A DNA stretch of 63,990 nt, filler included, from Basidiobolus ranarum (lineage: Eukaryota): NCBI GenBank assembly GCA_040143965.1. It is 3 parts of 3 records of this genome, joined end to end, with 100 filler letters (N's around TTAATTAATTAA, not from the genome) between each part and the next. Parts side by side here need not be neighbours in the genome. Positions count along the whole stretch, not along the records: positions 1 to 23,347 come from JASJQH010007043.1; positions 23,448 to 46,779 come from JASJQH010007044.1; 1 more part is not named here. One strand, 5' to 3'. The first letter of the stretch is position 1. Each line of letters opens with the position of its first letter. Positions 13,377 through 24,335 of the stretch are shown piece by piece. Under the pieces are notes generated by a model. That model searched no databases, was not told the origin of the DNA, and saw nothing but the letters and a program-made list of their open reading frames with translations. The position numbers and the translations under genes were made by a program.

Positions 13377-16190
13377 CTAACCGTTTGACTGTTCGTTAGG
13401 TGTATAAGGTGCCATAGGAGGTTGGTCCATAACAGAGCGTTGAGGAACCATCATTGGTGGCCCAGTGACGTGTGGCATCATTTCAGAAGGGTAACGAACC
13501 ATCATAGGTCCTTGAGGTCCAGGGTATGTATACATTTGTGGAGGCATGTTTGGAACCATGGGGCCTCTACCTTGTGGAGGGTAACCACCGGGTGGAGCAA
13601 AGTGTTGTCCTTCGGAGGGCGGGGCCTGCCCTTTTGGATACATTCTTGGGGCTGAGACTGGTGTCATTTGAGGACTATAAACGGCAGGAGGTGGGCCACC
13701 TGGATGTGGCATTGAGGCAGAAAATGGCATGTTGGGTACAAAGGGAGCTGGCGTCATGTATGGCATAGGAGGTTGTTGCATTCCCATGGCAGGCATACCT
13801 GGAAACTGAGCAGGATATCTATAAGCCACATAAGGCACGAACGCTTGATTCATACCGTTGTGACTATACATATCTTCCTCATACGTGGCTGTATGAGAGA
13901 ATTGGTGACGGAAGGATTTTTGTCCAAATGGCCAAGTAGGTGCAATTGTAGAAGGGTCCTCAGTTTCCATATCTGGTTTTTTTAACATTTCTTTGACCGA
14001 AGTGTGCCCTCTTTTCAAGTTTTTGTTGCCAAAGAAAGGTGACGAAGCTGCATTTGTAGAGGATTTTTTGTCGGAATTTTGGTATGAAGATGGTATAAAG
14101 GGCGCCGCGGTTGGATTGGGTTTAAACTCACTTGCTTTGACATTGAATTTGAAAGTGGAGCTAGGCTTGGCAGCTGGTGTCGAAGTGGTACCGGCGGAGG
14201 TTGGTTCAGCTGCCTTCTTGTCAGTTTTATCGCTAGGTTTGTCTTCACTGACAGTAGGAGGTTTCTGCTTACTCTCTTTCTCATCGGCAGTCTTGGAAAC
14301 TACAACTTGCTTAGGTGATTTTGGGATATCCTCCTGAGGTTCCGGGACACTCTCCTCGTCACTTTTAGAGTCGGTATCGGATTTCTTGGATTTATCTTTA
14401 CCAAGAATAGGGATAAGGTCAGCTGGCATTGGTGTCTTGAGTTTGAAACTTTGACTGAACTTGATTAATTCAGCCACTCTACCATCTTTTTCCATCTTCA
14501 AATAAGCCTGTCTTGTTTGTTGTAAACGTTCCTTCTCATGGTTTACAAAGTTACGGAAAGTTCCTACAATCTCAGCTTCGTTGGGTTTGGAACTATTGCT
14601 TTCATTAGAGGTTTTCTTTGAAGATTTGGATCCAAGAAGGCTGGCGATAGGTTCAGCGATTTTAGACGTTTGGCTATTGGATGTTTTGGCGCTACCAGTC
14701 GATGATGGCTTGGTAATATCCAATGTAGAATCTTTTGATGCAGTTTCCGATTGTTTGGGCTTACTCTTGGGTTCATTTTCAATGGCTACGTTTGATGGGT
14801 TTGGTTGCGCAATGGTTGCAGCAGAATCTGAGCCTTGGCTTTGATTAGCAGGGACTTTAGTACGCATCGCGGGAGGCGTATATTTTCCTTGTCTGTCACT
14901 GCTTCTTAAGCTACTGGTTCGAACAACGGAGCTATATTTATCCTCCTCATCTAATTGGCTATCATCGATGGATTGACCACGTTCTTCTGCAATATGAGGG
15001 TTTGCGGATGACATCTAGATAGGAAAAGTTAGATATTATTATCATAAAAGTGGAGGTTTACCCGCAGTGTACATACTCTAGCAATTTCGTTTGCAATTCT
15101 GATGGCTTGCTTCTCTCTTTCCTTATAATCAGCACTACTACGATCAAGTTTAGTGGTATAGATCTCTTCGTCAAAATCAGTTTGAAGACCGAAAAGATGT
15201 TCATTTGCTGCAAATTGATCCCATTGATTATCGGTTCCAGCTTCAAGTTCTGTAAGAGATGGAAAGAGTTAAGGCTTTTAATGTCTTTCCGTAGCAACAA
15301 ATAGGTGAGGATTTATGAATGTATGGTAAAAAGGATATTCTAAAGTTTGAAATTCGGTATGATCATCAGCATTCCATCTGTGCAATTCACGCTCTCTAAG
15401 TGAGCCAGTATGTCCACTAATAAGGGTATCAATTTTGAATGCTATTCAATGAAATGAATTAATTTTGGTTCATTTAGCTAGTAAGTTTTCATTATGCTCT
15501 TACTATCTTTTTCGGATCCCTTTTCGGATATGGAGAAATCTACACCAACTGCGTTCATTTCCACAAAGTCCTTCGCCAAGATGATAAGAGTAGGAATCAC
15601 TTCGTTGAGATTTTCGGTTTTCTCTTCGGTTTTGATAACACGCGCATACTTCAATACTACTCCTAATTCACCTTCCGTACAAGCTGCGTGAAACAAGCCC
15701 TCGTATTTAGCTCCACTTTTAACAACAACTTGGACGTTTAGACCCTATTTGTATAATAATAGATTGTTAGTTCGTGTTACAAAATACATAAAAGATAAAA
15801 AAAACTATAGATATATACGGTACCACTAAATGCATGAGAAGGTAAAGCATGCGATCGTGCATATGTTTAGCAAAAGAGTCATTCTTCACTTCGACAGAGT
15901 GAGTCATTGGTGAAGTAGTGGGTATGTGGGATTGAGGTGAGGAGTTTTGATGTGAACCCCAAGGCTTCGGACCTCCACCGCGAGGTAGAGTATTAGAGTA
16001 CTGACCCCATTTACCTCTTCCACCCCTAAGTATACAAGTTAGCTTGAGTTGACAATCTATGATCGTGATAAATAAATGATTGGTTGAACATGTCTACCAA
16101 GATTTGACTTGAATTTTACCTTTGGGAAGTTGGTTGAAAAGGAAAATCTTGTCTTCGAGTTTTCTGTTGTCTACCACTCACGGAGGACAT
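13377..16190 (-). CDS. PBP1: Ataxin-2 / Pbp1 (Lsm + LsmAD + PAM2 + P/M-rich tail), multi-exon
   Basis: HDRMLYLLMHLV|GLNVQVVVKSGAKYEGLFH (Lsm), WDQFAANEHLFG..FDEEIYTTKLDRS (LsmAD), NPHIAEERG, and PAM2-like FNVKASEFKPNPTAAPFIP. Confidence 0.93.
15252..15338 (-). other. U12-type AT-AC intron (87 nt) in PBP1
   Basis: 5'ss ATATCCTTT, branch CCTTAAC, terminal AC. AT-AC removal keeps the frame (FQTLE-ELEAGTDNQWDQF); the adjacent AG does not. Confidence 0.9.
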
Positions 16191-17126
16191 GTTTTAGTTG
16201 TTGAAATAAAAATGTGAAACAACAATACAAACAAAAGTTTTTTTAAAAAACAAAAAGCTACTGTTTCAATAGAAAAACCAGATACTCCTTAATATTATGT
16301 TACGATCAAGAAAACCAAACTGAATAAAGGATGGTTCGTAGTGTTAACTTATAAACGAAAGGTAGTATAAAAGACGTACAAAATAAAAGTCACTTCAACA
16401 AATATTCAACTCGAGAAAATAAAAACGTTGATATGAAGGACCGTAAAAGAAATATCGGATCTTGTTTAATCCGTGTACCGCTGCGTTGGCGAATTCGTTA
16501 TTTGCCTCAGGTTTAACCCTTAAAGGTATATGGTTTAGGTGAAATTAGAGTGGCACCTTTTAGAAAAATTGAATAAAGGAGGTTTGCCAAATCTGACCCT
16601 GTTTTTACACTATTTCTTGAGATAGGCATTGTACACGTCGCTCAACTTCGAGCCAATTTCTCGATCAATTTAACCAACCTATTTGCAAAATTATTGCATT
16701 CACGTCATTTGTAATTCAAAGTTTACTCTCCTTAAACCCTTTCAAAAAATAAACAAGTACTTCAATGATCTTGATTGGATAGAGTCCGTACTCGGACAGC
16801 AGAATTTCGGCACCATGGGAAATAAACAATCAGCTACGATAACAATTTATTAAAAGCCATGTGTGATTAAACAAATTACTAAAGGCTGTATTTACCATTC
16901 ATCTTTTACGCCCAACAGGCATGAATCTTTACAAAATTTAATATGTTTGTTATACGTTGATATACTAAAGGGAGGGGTTCCTACGTGATGGCTAGAGCAC
17001 CTTACAAGAGTATTTACTAAACTATCTTACTCAATTAAACACCAAGCGCGGTTTCTTTTAGATGGAAGTGCTCTAATCGGTAACTTGAAGCAGACTCTAG
17101 TGTTGTTTGGAATAACTATCAACATG

Positions 17127-19325
17127 TTACGAGTCGTGAGCCAATCCATTAGCACTGGCTAATCTCTCATCAGAGCGGCAGGCCTCAGCGAAGGAGCGAT
17201 TGATGTTCCAGAGTCTTACTGTGCGATCGTCAGAACAGGAGGCCAACTGATGTACATTTCAAAGATATTAGTTCAGGAAATACAAATTCTATTACTTGTG
17301 ATGATAACATTACATGCTCAATATCGTTGTTGGACCACGACACACTAGTAACTTCATTTTCATGTGCCTTTAATATCAGTGGAGCCTTTTTAGGGGAATC
17401 GACTTCCCATATATAAAGATTCTTATCACTGGATCCACTGACTAAAAATTTAGTATCTGGACTCAGTGCTATTTTAACATAGAAGGATGAGCATTTGTAT
17501 GTAGACGAGTTGAACGTTGCGATCGGGCTTCCGAGGCTAGTTGTAGAATACATGGATATCCTTCAAATACAGAAACCAAGGGATTAGATAAATAGGAATA
17601 TGAACGCTAGATTTGATTGCCACTATGTTGTGGACATATTATACTCACTGATTATTCGTGCTAGCGGCAAATATTCGATGACCCATAGGATCTAAGGCTA
17701 GTGAAGAGATCCCTATGGTAAAAATGAAATGTTAATAGAGCTGATGGCCAATAATACATATGAAAACACCAACCATGTGCTCTTTTTGTTGGGCCTTTAT
17801 GAAGTGACGTCGCAACAGGAGTAATATAGGGCTTCAAAGAATGAGATCCATGTTTTCGTGTATCCCATATTTTCACTAATCTAAATAGCGAACAGATTTT
17901 AGAATCCACAATGACCGTCCTACAAATGCTCAAATGGTGCTTACCCATCAGCTGCACCTGCAGAGCTCAGAAGTGATGGCGCGTGAGTTAGAAATTGAAC
18001 GGCGGTAACGCTGTGTGAGGTGTCATTCTAAATGAGGAAATTTAAGAAAGTCAGGTAAGTGGTGACTTGGCCGCCATTGTTTATCGAGTATTCATACCGT
18101 AAAGTTGGTTCCGACTTTCCTACGCTTCGGAGACGGTGGAACGAAATTCAAAGAGTGGGCATGCTTGATTATGTCAACGGGGCGATGTCTATACTCTATA
18201 AGTAATGTGCGGTTTGTGTTAAATCAAGTAATTTCATCCTTCTGAGTTGGCCAACTTACCACCACTATTTAAGAGAGAACCTGAGCATCGTGTATCCCAT
18301 ATCATAACATTTCCATCACGAGAAGCGGTCGCAAAAATATCTAATTATATCAACTATAAGTTGAATTTCGTTCTAGCATAGGGAGTATGTCAATAAGTAC
18401 TTACGATTGTCAAACGGGTTGATCGTTACCGATTTGACGCTACTGGTGTGTCCGTAAAAGTTACCAAGACACTTCCGTGTTTCCACATCCCAAAGACCAG
18501 CAGTTTGATCCCCTGAAACTGTGATCTAAACAACAAGTAAACAATACTGCTCCATTCAATTCCATAGATATATCTAGTTTACCACTCGCTTATCGTCGTG
18601 GGTCCACTGTACATCGAATACAGCATTATTGTGAGCATGCCAACTAATTCTGGTTCGTTCTGGGTGGTAGAATAGTAGAGTGAGTAATGGAGATACTGTA
18701 AGTGTAGGCGTTAAATGCAGAATTACCATTTTCGATGGAGTTATCAAAGGAGGTATCCAATATATTTACTCTTCCTTCCTCATCAGCTACCGCAAGAAGT
18801 CTCCCATTGGATTCAACTAAGGATAAAAAATCGTTAAGTCGAAGTTGTATATAGTTTCGAGGAGATATATTTCGATAACCTACTGTTGTTAAAAGTACAA
18901 CCAAAGGGTGGTGCTGCGGTATTGTTTTCTGACATGAATTTATATACATCTTTCTCTGTACTAACAAAATCTTTTATATAAAAGCGTTGCGAAACTATAT
19001 ATGTTCTTTTTAGTAAATTGAAAATAAAGGCTGGAAAGGTATTTCGGTTACCCTGTGGCGCTTGAGCGAAGGAATGGCCTTGTATTTGTCTATGAAATAA
19101 AGCAGAAACAGGGGGCATTGTGGATTCTCGTATAAACTTTGGTTTATAACACGTGTCTATTGTGGGTATTAATGAAAATGAGACTTGTGTGGAAGAAGAG
19201 TTGGAAGATAAACAAGAAGAAGTGCGTTTATTAGAAGAGCGAGAGAAAGTAAATGGAGTATTTAAGCATGAGTGCTGGGAAATTCTGGTTGGGTTGTTGG
19301 ATTTTCTTTTTCTCGGTAAAGACAT
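17127..19325 (-). CDS. CDT2: WD40 protein Cdt2/DTL (CRL4 substrate receptor), many exons
   Basis: PPFGCTF, LAVADEEGRV, WHAHNNAVFDVQW, TVSGDQTAGLWDVET, GHTSSVKS, ATASRDGNVMIWDTR, LLSSAGAADG, SSFYVK, SGSSDKNLYIW, ASCSDDRTVRLW. The start codon is uncertain. Confidence 0.88.
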
Positions 19326-19613
19326 CTCGAACGTATTATACCAAGGTGAACAAAGGCTCACCGTTTCTGTTTGTAAGATTATTTTTGTTGACTTTTTACC
19401 AACACGCGATTCAATACACACATAATTAGTTTGTTGATTGGTTTAAAAGAATATTTGAATGATATTCTTTTCTCAGGTTAATATTTTTAATCAATCGATA
19501 AATTTAATCCAATCAAACAGATTATTCTGACGGCTATTTCCTGAGTGTTTACTCAGGTAACAAGATATAGAAATATGAGTTATAAGTTCTGACAAACGAG
19601 ACCCAAGTAGTGT

Positions 19614-20173
19614 TCAACCTTGTAAGCCTGCTTCAAGGTAGTGAAATATGAGGAATCGATAGCCTTGGATCAACTGAGTGATTTCGTTAGTCAAATGACA
19701 AGCAAAGAGCAAGTAGTTCACTGGTCTGACTACTATCGCAAATCTCATGAAAAGAAGGGAGTAAAGACACAAAGCTACATAGTTTAATACACAGTGGAAA
19801 TAGACTTTAAGTGAAGTGTTACTTACCAACAGTCATCTTTCCAGATATTAGGTCTGGTGATTTTCCAATATCCACGATACCCGAAAGAGGGATGAGCCAG
19901 TTTGCTGCAGGCCCCCAGAAATGCTAATGAGAAAGCAAACTGTCAATCATACAATAGTAAAGTGAATTATTTTAACTTCTTACTGTGCTAGTTGAGGTAA
20001 ATCCAAAGTTAAAGGTTCAAAATAATCCATACGAGGAATGACAAATGCGTAAGTGGTAAATGGTTAATTAAATTGGAAAAGAATTTACAGGTTTCATACC
20101 TGCACAAGTAGTTTACGAACTCCCGACTTCGAACACGTTCTAGTAGAGTTGGTTCTTCAAATGGTCTGTTCAT
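19614..20173 (-). CDS. MPC1: Mitochondrial pyruvate carrier 1, 4 exons including a 4-nt microexon (19984-19987)
   Basis: [58 protein letters not shown]. Confidence 0.92.
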
Positions 20174-20450
20174 TAGGTTGATTAACAAGCTCAGGCCAGA
20201 AGGAGCATTCTACAATTGTTAATGAAATAGTTCTGATCAAATAAGTTCTTAGATGAGATTGCTTGCAGATCCTGATAATTGATATGATCGTAACTGCGAT
20301 CAATATTTCCTGAATATTAGTTGAGCTAACGAGGATTGAGAGTTTATTAAGTACTAGGACTACTAGATAAAGATAGGTCTATTGGGTGAATGGTGCTATG
20401 TGTGTGAGAAGGGAATGTGGAGGAGTGTATGGTTGGTACAATCAATCAAT

Positions 20451-21506
20451 CTATGCTTTTTCGGTCTCAGCCTTTCGTTCCTTCGAACGTAAATAATTGT
20501 ACCGGAGTAGTGCTTGAACATTGCTCTTGGTTGATAGTTCCTGTGCTACCCGCGTCCAATCATGGCCATATTTCTTGACTAGATTTAGTAACTGCTCACT
20601 TTCTTCGTCAGTCCAGCGACCTTTGGTAATTTTAGGATTTACATGTGCATCGTATCTTGCTTGTAGTTGAAATGGTGTTCTGCTAGGAATCGATTCAGAG
20701 ATTTTAGTCCAACTTCTACCATATTTTTGGCATCCCTTCAAGAGTAAATCATCTTCTTCCGGAGACCATTTATCACGACTCGTGTTGGGGTTGAGAAATT
20801 TATCGTAACGAAGTAAGGCGTGTCTACTCGATCTCCCAGGAATATCTTTGACAATCCTTTCCCAATCACGACCATATTTCTCTACGCCATCCAGTAGAGA
20901 AAGATCTTCTTCCTCTGTCCACCGACCTGTCTTCACGTCTGGCTTGAATCGAGACTGCCACCGAGAGTAGCAGCAAGCAGAAGAACGACCAAGAACTTCG
21001 GAAATAACCTTCCACTTGCCACGATATTGTTCCATTGAAGTTAGTGATCTCAGAGTTTCGTCTTCGTCAGCAGACCACGGTCCCTTTTTAAAGTTATTCG
21101 TCAAAGTCAAATGCATTTGATAGCAAGAATTCGGAGTTCTACCTGGAAATAGTGTCGAAGCAATGTGGCTCCAACGATTTCCAAACGTTTTTACCGCTGT
21201 CAATAATTTTTGACGATCCTCTTCTGTCCATTTGTATGAAATCCGTTTTCCTTTAGGCAACTTGTTCTTGGGAGTATATTCCCACGCCTCTTTCTCAATT
21301 TCGTTATCCTGCTTTTTTGCGACATTACCAGAACATCGTAGTTGAGATGTGAAGAATGTGGGTTTTAGAAAAGGGAATCTGACGCGCAATACACAATTTT
21401 CTACATGAATAACACAAATCCGACTAACTTAGTATTCAACTGAAGACCACAGCACAAATGATGTCTAACAAATAAACTTACGCGTCTGTGAGTAGAATTT
21501 CAACAT
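20451..21506 (-). CDS. Five-repeat Myb/SANT protein, copy 1 (intron 21401-21481), with a putative mitochondrial presequence
   Basis: Five W-x19-W repeats starting KWTEEDR, PWSADED, RWTEEED, KWSPEED and RWTDEES. A short ATG exon is conserved between the two copies. Confidence 0.9.
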
Positions 21507-21819
21507 ATCAAAAGAAGTCAAGTTATACAGTTAGGAATATTTTAGTGTTATATTCAAAAAAATCTTCTTAAATGGATGGACTTTCAACAGAATAAAATGT
21601 AATTGACTGAATTGACTGAATTCACATCAAATTATTTCATTTATGAGGAAAGTAAATCAGATCGAACAATTGGTGATATTGTGACTTGACATCATATTGA
21701 CAGAAGTTTAAAAACAAAAATTCGTTTTGCGAGAGTAGGAGTTTTCGAAAGAGAGGCCACAGAGATAATACCTGCGGTTTCATATAAAGTATAAGGTAAG
21801 TATGCTTAGTTAGTTCCAC

Positions 21820-21990
21820 AAGTAATGGGTGTATGCGGTTTAATCGGTATATGCGGTTTAATCATGTAAATTCATCTTTCTGAATCGGCTGGCTCAACAC
21901 CACTGTATCGGTGAGCATCGTGTGTCCCATATCATAACATTACTATGCGGTTACGAAAATAGGGCAAGTTGGATTTCGCATTAACAGCCT
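21820..21990 (-). pseudogene. Decayed duplicate fragment of CDT2 (exon plus flanking intron sequence)
   Basis: gagcatcgtgtgtcccatatcataacatt at ~21913 matches gagcatcgtgtatcccatatcataacatt at ~18283; the flanking intron sequence also aligns by eye. Confidence 0.8.
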
Positions 21991-22237
21991 AGCGCAAAGC
22001 GTACGCTAATAAATTATCAAGAACGATTTATTGAACAATATGGTTGCTTGGATATGTCTATGTGGGTGAGGTGTGAGATTCGCACGTTGAATCGATCTAT
22101 GATTTCTCGAACTCGGCCTTTCTTTCTTTCTTACATGCATTATTGTACCGATGTTGTATTTGAACATTGTTCTTGGTTCATATTTCCTGTCCTATTCATA
22201 CTTAATTATGGCCATATTTATTGTCTAGCTTTAGTAA

Positions 22238-23155
22238 TTACTTATTTTCTTCGTTAGTCCATCGACCTGTGCCAACTTTACAATTTAGCCGTGAATCATA
22301 TCTTTTTTGTAGTTGATATCGTGTTCTACCAGGAATCGATTCTGAGATCTTAGTCCAGCTTCTGCCGTATTTTTGATATCCCTTCAGCAGCAAGGCATCC
22401 TCTTCTGGGGTCCATTTACCATGATTGGTGTTAGGGTTAATATATTTATCGTAGCGAGTTAAAGCGTGCTTGCATGTTCTTCCGGGAATATCTTTAACAA
22501 TCTTTACCCAATCACGACCATACTTGTTTACACCTTTCAGAAGAGAAAGATCCTCCTCCTCTGTCCACCGACCTGTCCTCATGTTTGGTTTGAATCGAGA
22601 CTGCCATCGAACGTAGCAGCAAGAAGGGGAGCGATTTAGAGCTTCGGAAATAACCTTCCACCTGCCACGATATTGTTCCATTGACGTCAGTGATCGCAGA
22701 GTTTCGTCTTCGTCAGCAGACCACGGTCCCTTTTTAAAGTTATTTGTCAAAGTCAAATACATGTGATAACAAGATCTCTGAGTTCTATCTGGAAACAAAG
22801 TCGAAGCAATGTAACTCCAACGTGTTCCAAGTGTTTCCACAGCTGTCAATAGTTTTTGACGTTCCTCCTCCGTCCATTTTTGTGTAACCCTTTTCCCTTT
22901 AGGTAGCTGCTTCTTAGTTGTATATTTCAACATTTTTTCCTCTTTTATTACGGTATCATGGGTCTTCGCGACATTTCCAGAACATCTTAGTTGAGAGGTG
23001 AAGAAGGTGGACTTGAGAAAAGGGAATTTGAAACGGATTGCAAAGGGCTCTACATAAATAACACAGATTCGACTAACTTAGTATTTAACTGAAGACCACA
23101 GCACAAATGAAGGTGAAATAATAAACTTACGCGAGTGTAGGTAGAGTTTTAACAT
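22238..23155 (-). CDS. Myb protein copy 2, truncated to four repeats by a premature stop (possible pseudogene)
   Basis: Close paralogue of copy 1 with the same intron. TAA replaces CAG at 22238. The downstream in-frame remnant LLKLDNKYGHN*V*IGQEI*TKNNVQ..KERKAEFEKS* runs to ~22097. Confidence 0.85.
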
Positions 23156-23347
23156 ACTGAAGGATGTCGTTCAGTTATAGAATGTAGAATATTATATTGC
23201 CATATTCAATAGAATCGATAAATCATCATGATCGGGTAAATTTCCCTCGGAATAAAATGCAATTGAATGAATTCACGGCAATTTATTTCATGTAGGAGAA
23301 AGGCAAATCAGATGGAATAATATCAAAAGTCTTTTGTTGTCAGAGTT

Positions 23348-23447
23348 NNNNNNNNNNNNNNNNNNNNNNNNNNNNNNNNNNNNNNNNNNNNTTAATTAAT
23401 TAANNNNNNNNNNNNNNNNNNNNNNNNNNNNNNNNNNNNNNNNNNNN
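23348..23447. other. Assembly gap (N run with an artificial TTAATTAATTAA spacer)
   Basis: 100-nt block of Ns with a central spacer carrying stops in all frames; the same structure occurs at 46780. Confidence 0.97.
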
Positions 23448-24335
23448 TTTGAAAGGTACTGTGGATCTATACTTAAAATACATATATTCTGGATCAAACT
23501 TTGATCTGATGGGATATTCAGATGCAAATTGGGGAAGGGATATTGAAGACAGGAGATCTACAGCAGGATACTTATTTCTTTGCTGTAATGGAGCTATTTC
23601 TTGGAATTCAAAGAAACAACCTCCATAGCACTTTCAACAACAGAAGTTGAATATGTGGCTGCCTGTGAAGCAACAGAAGAAGCAATATGGTTAAGAAAAC
23701 TCTTAACAGATTTAGGTTATTCTCAAAACTCACCAACTACATATTTCAAGACAATAAAAGTTGTATCAAATTAGCTAAAAGTCCCATGTTTCATAATAGA
23801 AGCAAACATGTAGATATTAAGCATTACTTCATTAGAAAGACTATAGAGAATAAGTTTATTGACTTAACTTATTGTTCTACAGAAGATATGATTGCTGATA
23901 TATTAACCAAACCATCAGCTAGACAGAAATTCAAGAAATTTGGACCTTTATTAGGATTAGTTTATATGACTATTTAGTTGAGGGAGAGTGTTGAAATTAG
24001 CATTGTCTAAGCACCTATATAGTCATATATAGCTTAGTACTTAGTTATGTTATAATTTACTAAGATATTATCCATTATTCGCAATTGGAATTTACTTAGA
24101 ATATTTTTGCCAACTTAGAAGTTCTCAGATATGTAGATTTTTCAGACTTGTGCTAGAAGCCCCAACTTTACACACATGCTCCTGGGACCTTCCTTAACAC
24201 ATTCTACATGCTAGTTTGCTTACATCTTTACAAAACTATAAATGATCACTTTCTACTCAATAAATCAATGAGTGAAAACCACCAATTCCTCTAATTCTCC
24301 CAACCACTTCCAACAGGCTCCCAAGTACTTTAACA
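23448..24335 (+). mobile_element. 3' end of a decayed Ty1/copia retrotransposon: RT end/RNase H (frameshifted), PPT and 3' LTR (23989-24335)
   Basis: LKGT..GYSDANWGRDIEDRRSTAGYLF..GAISWNSKKQ / IALSTTEVEY / DNKSCI..FHNRSKHVDIKHYFIR..MIADILTKP. PPT gagggagag. LTR bounded by TGTTGA...TTAACA. Confidence 0.93.

Noticed and set aside
17555-17566. ATATCCTTC as a possible U12 donor in CDT2
   Set aside because: Wrong strand; on the coding strand it is an ordinary AG acceptor and exon start.
19153-19425. Plus-strand E-rich ORF and other antisense ORFs inside DRS1, PBP1, PRP43 and the transporter
   Set aside because: Antisense shadows of real coding exons.
23392-23403. Palindromic TTAATTAATTAA inside N runs (also ~46824)
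   Set aside because: Artificial scaffold spacer, identical in both gaps.
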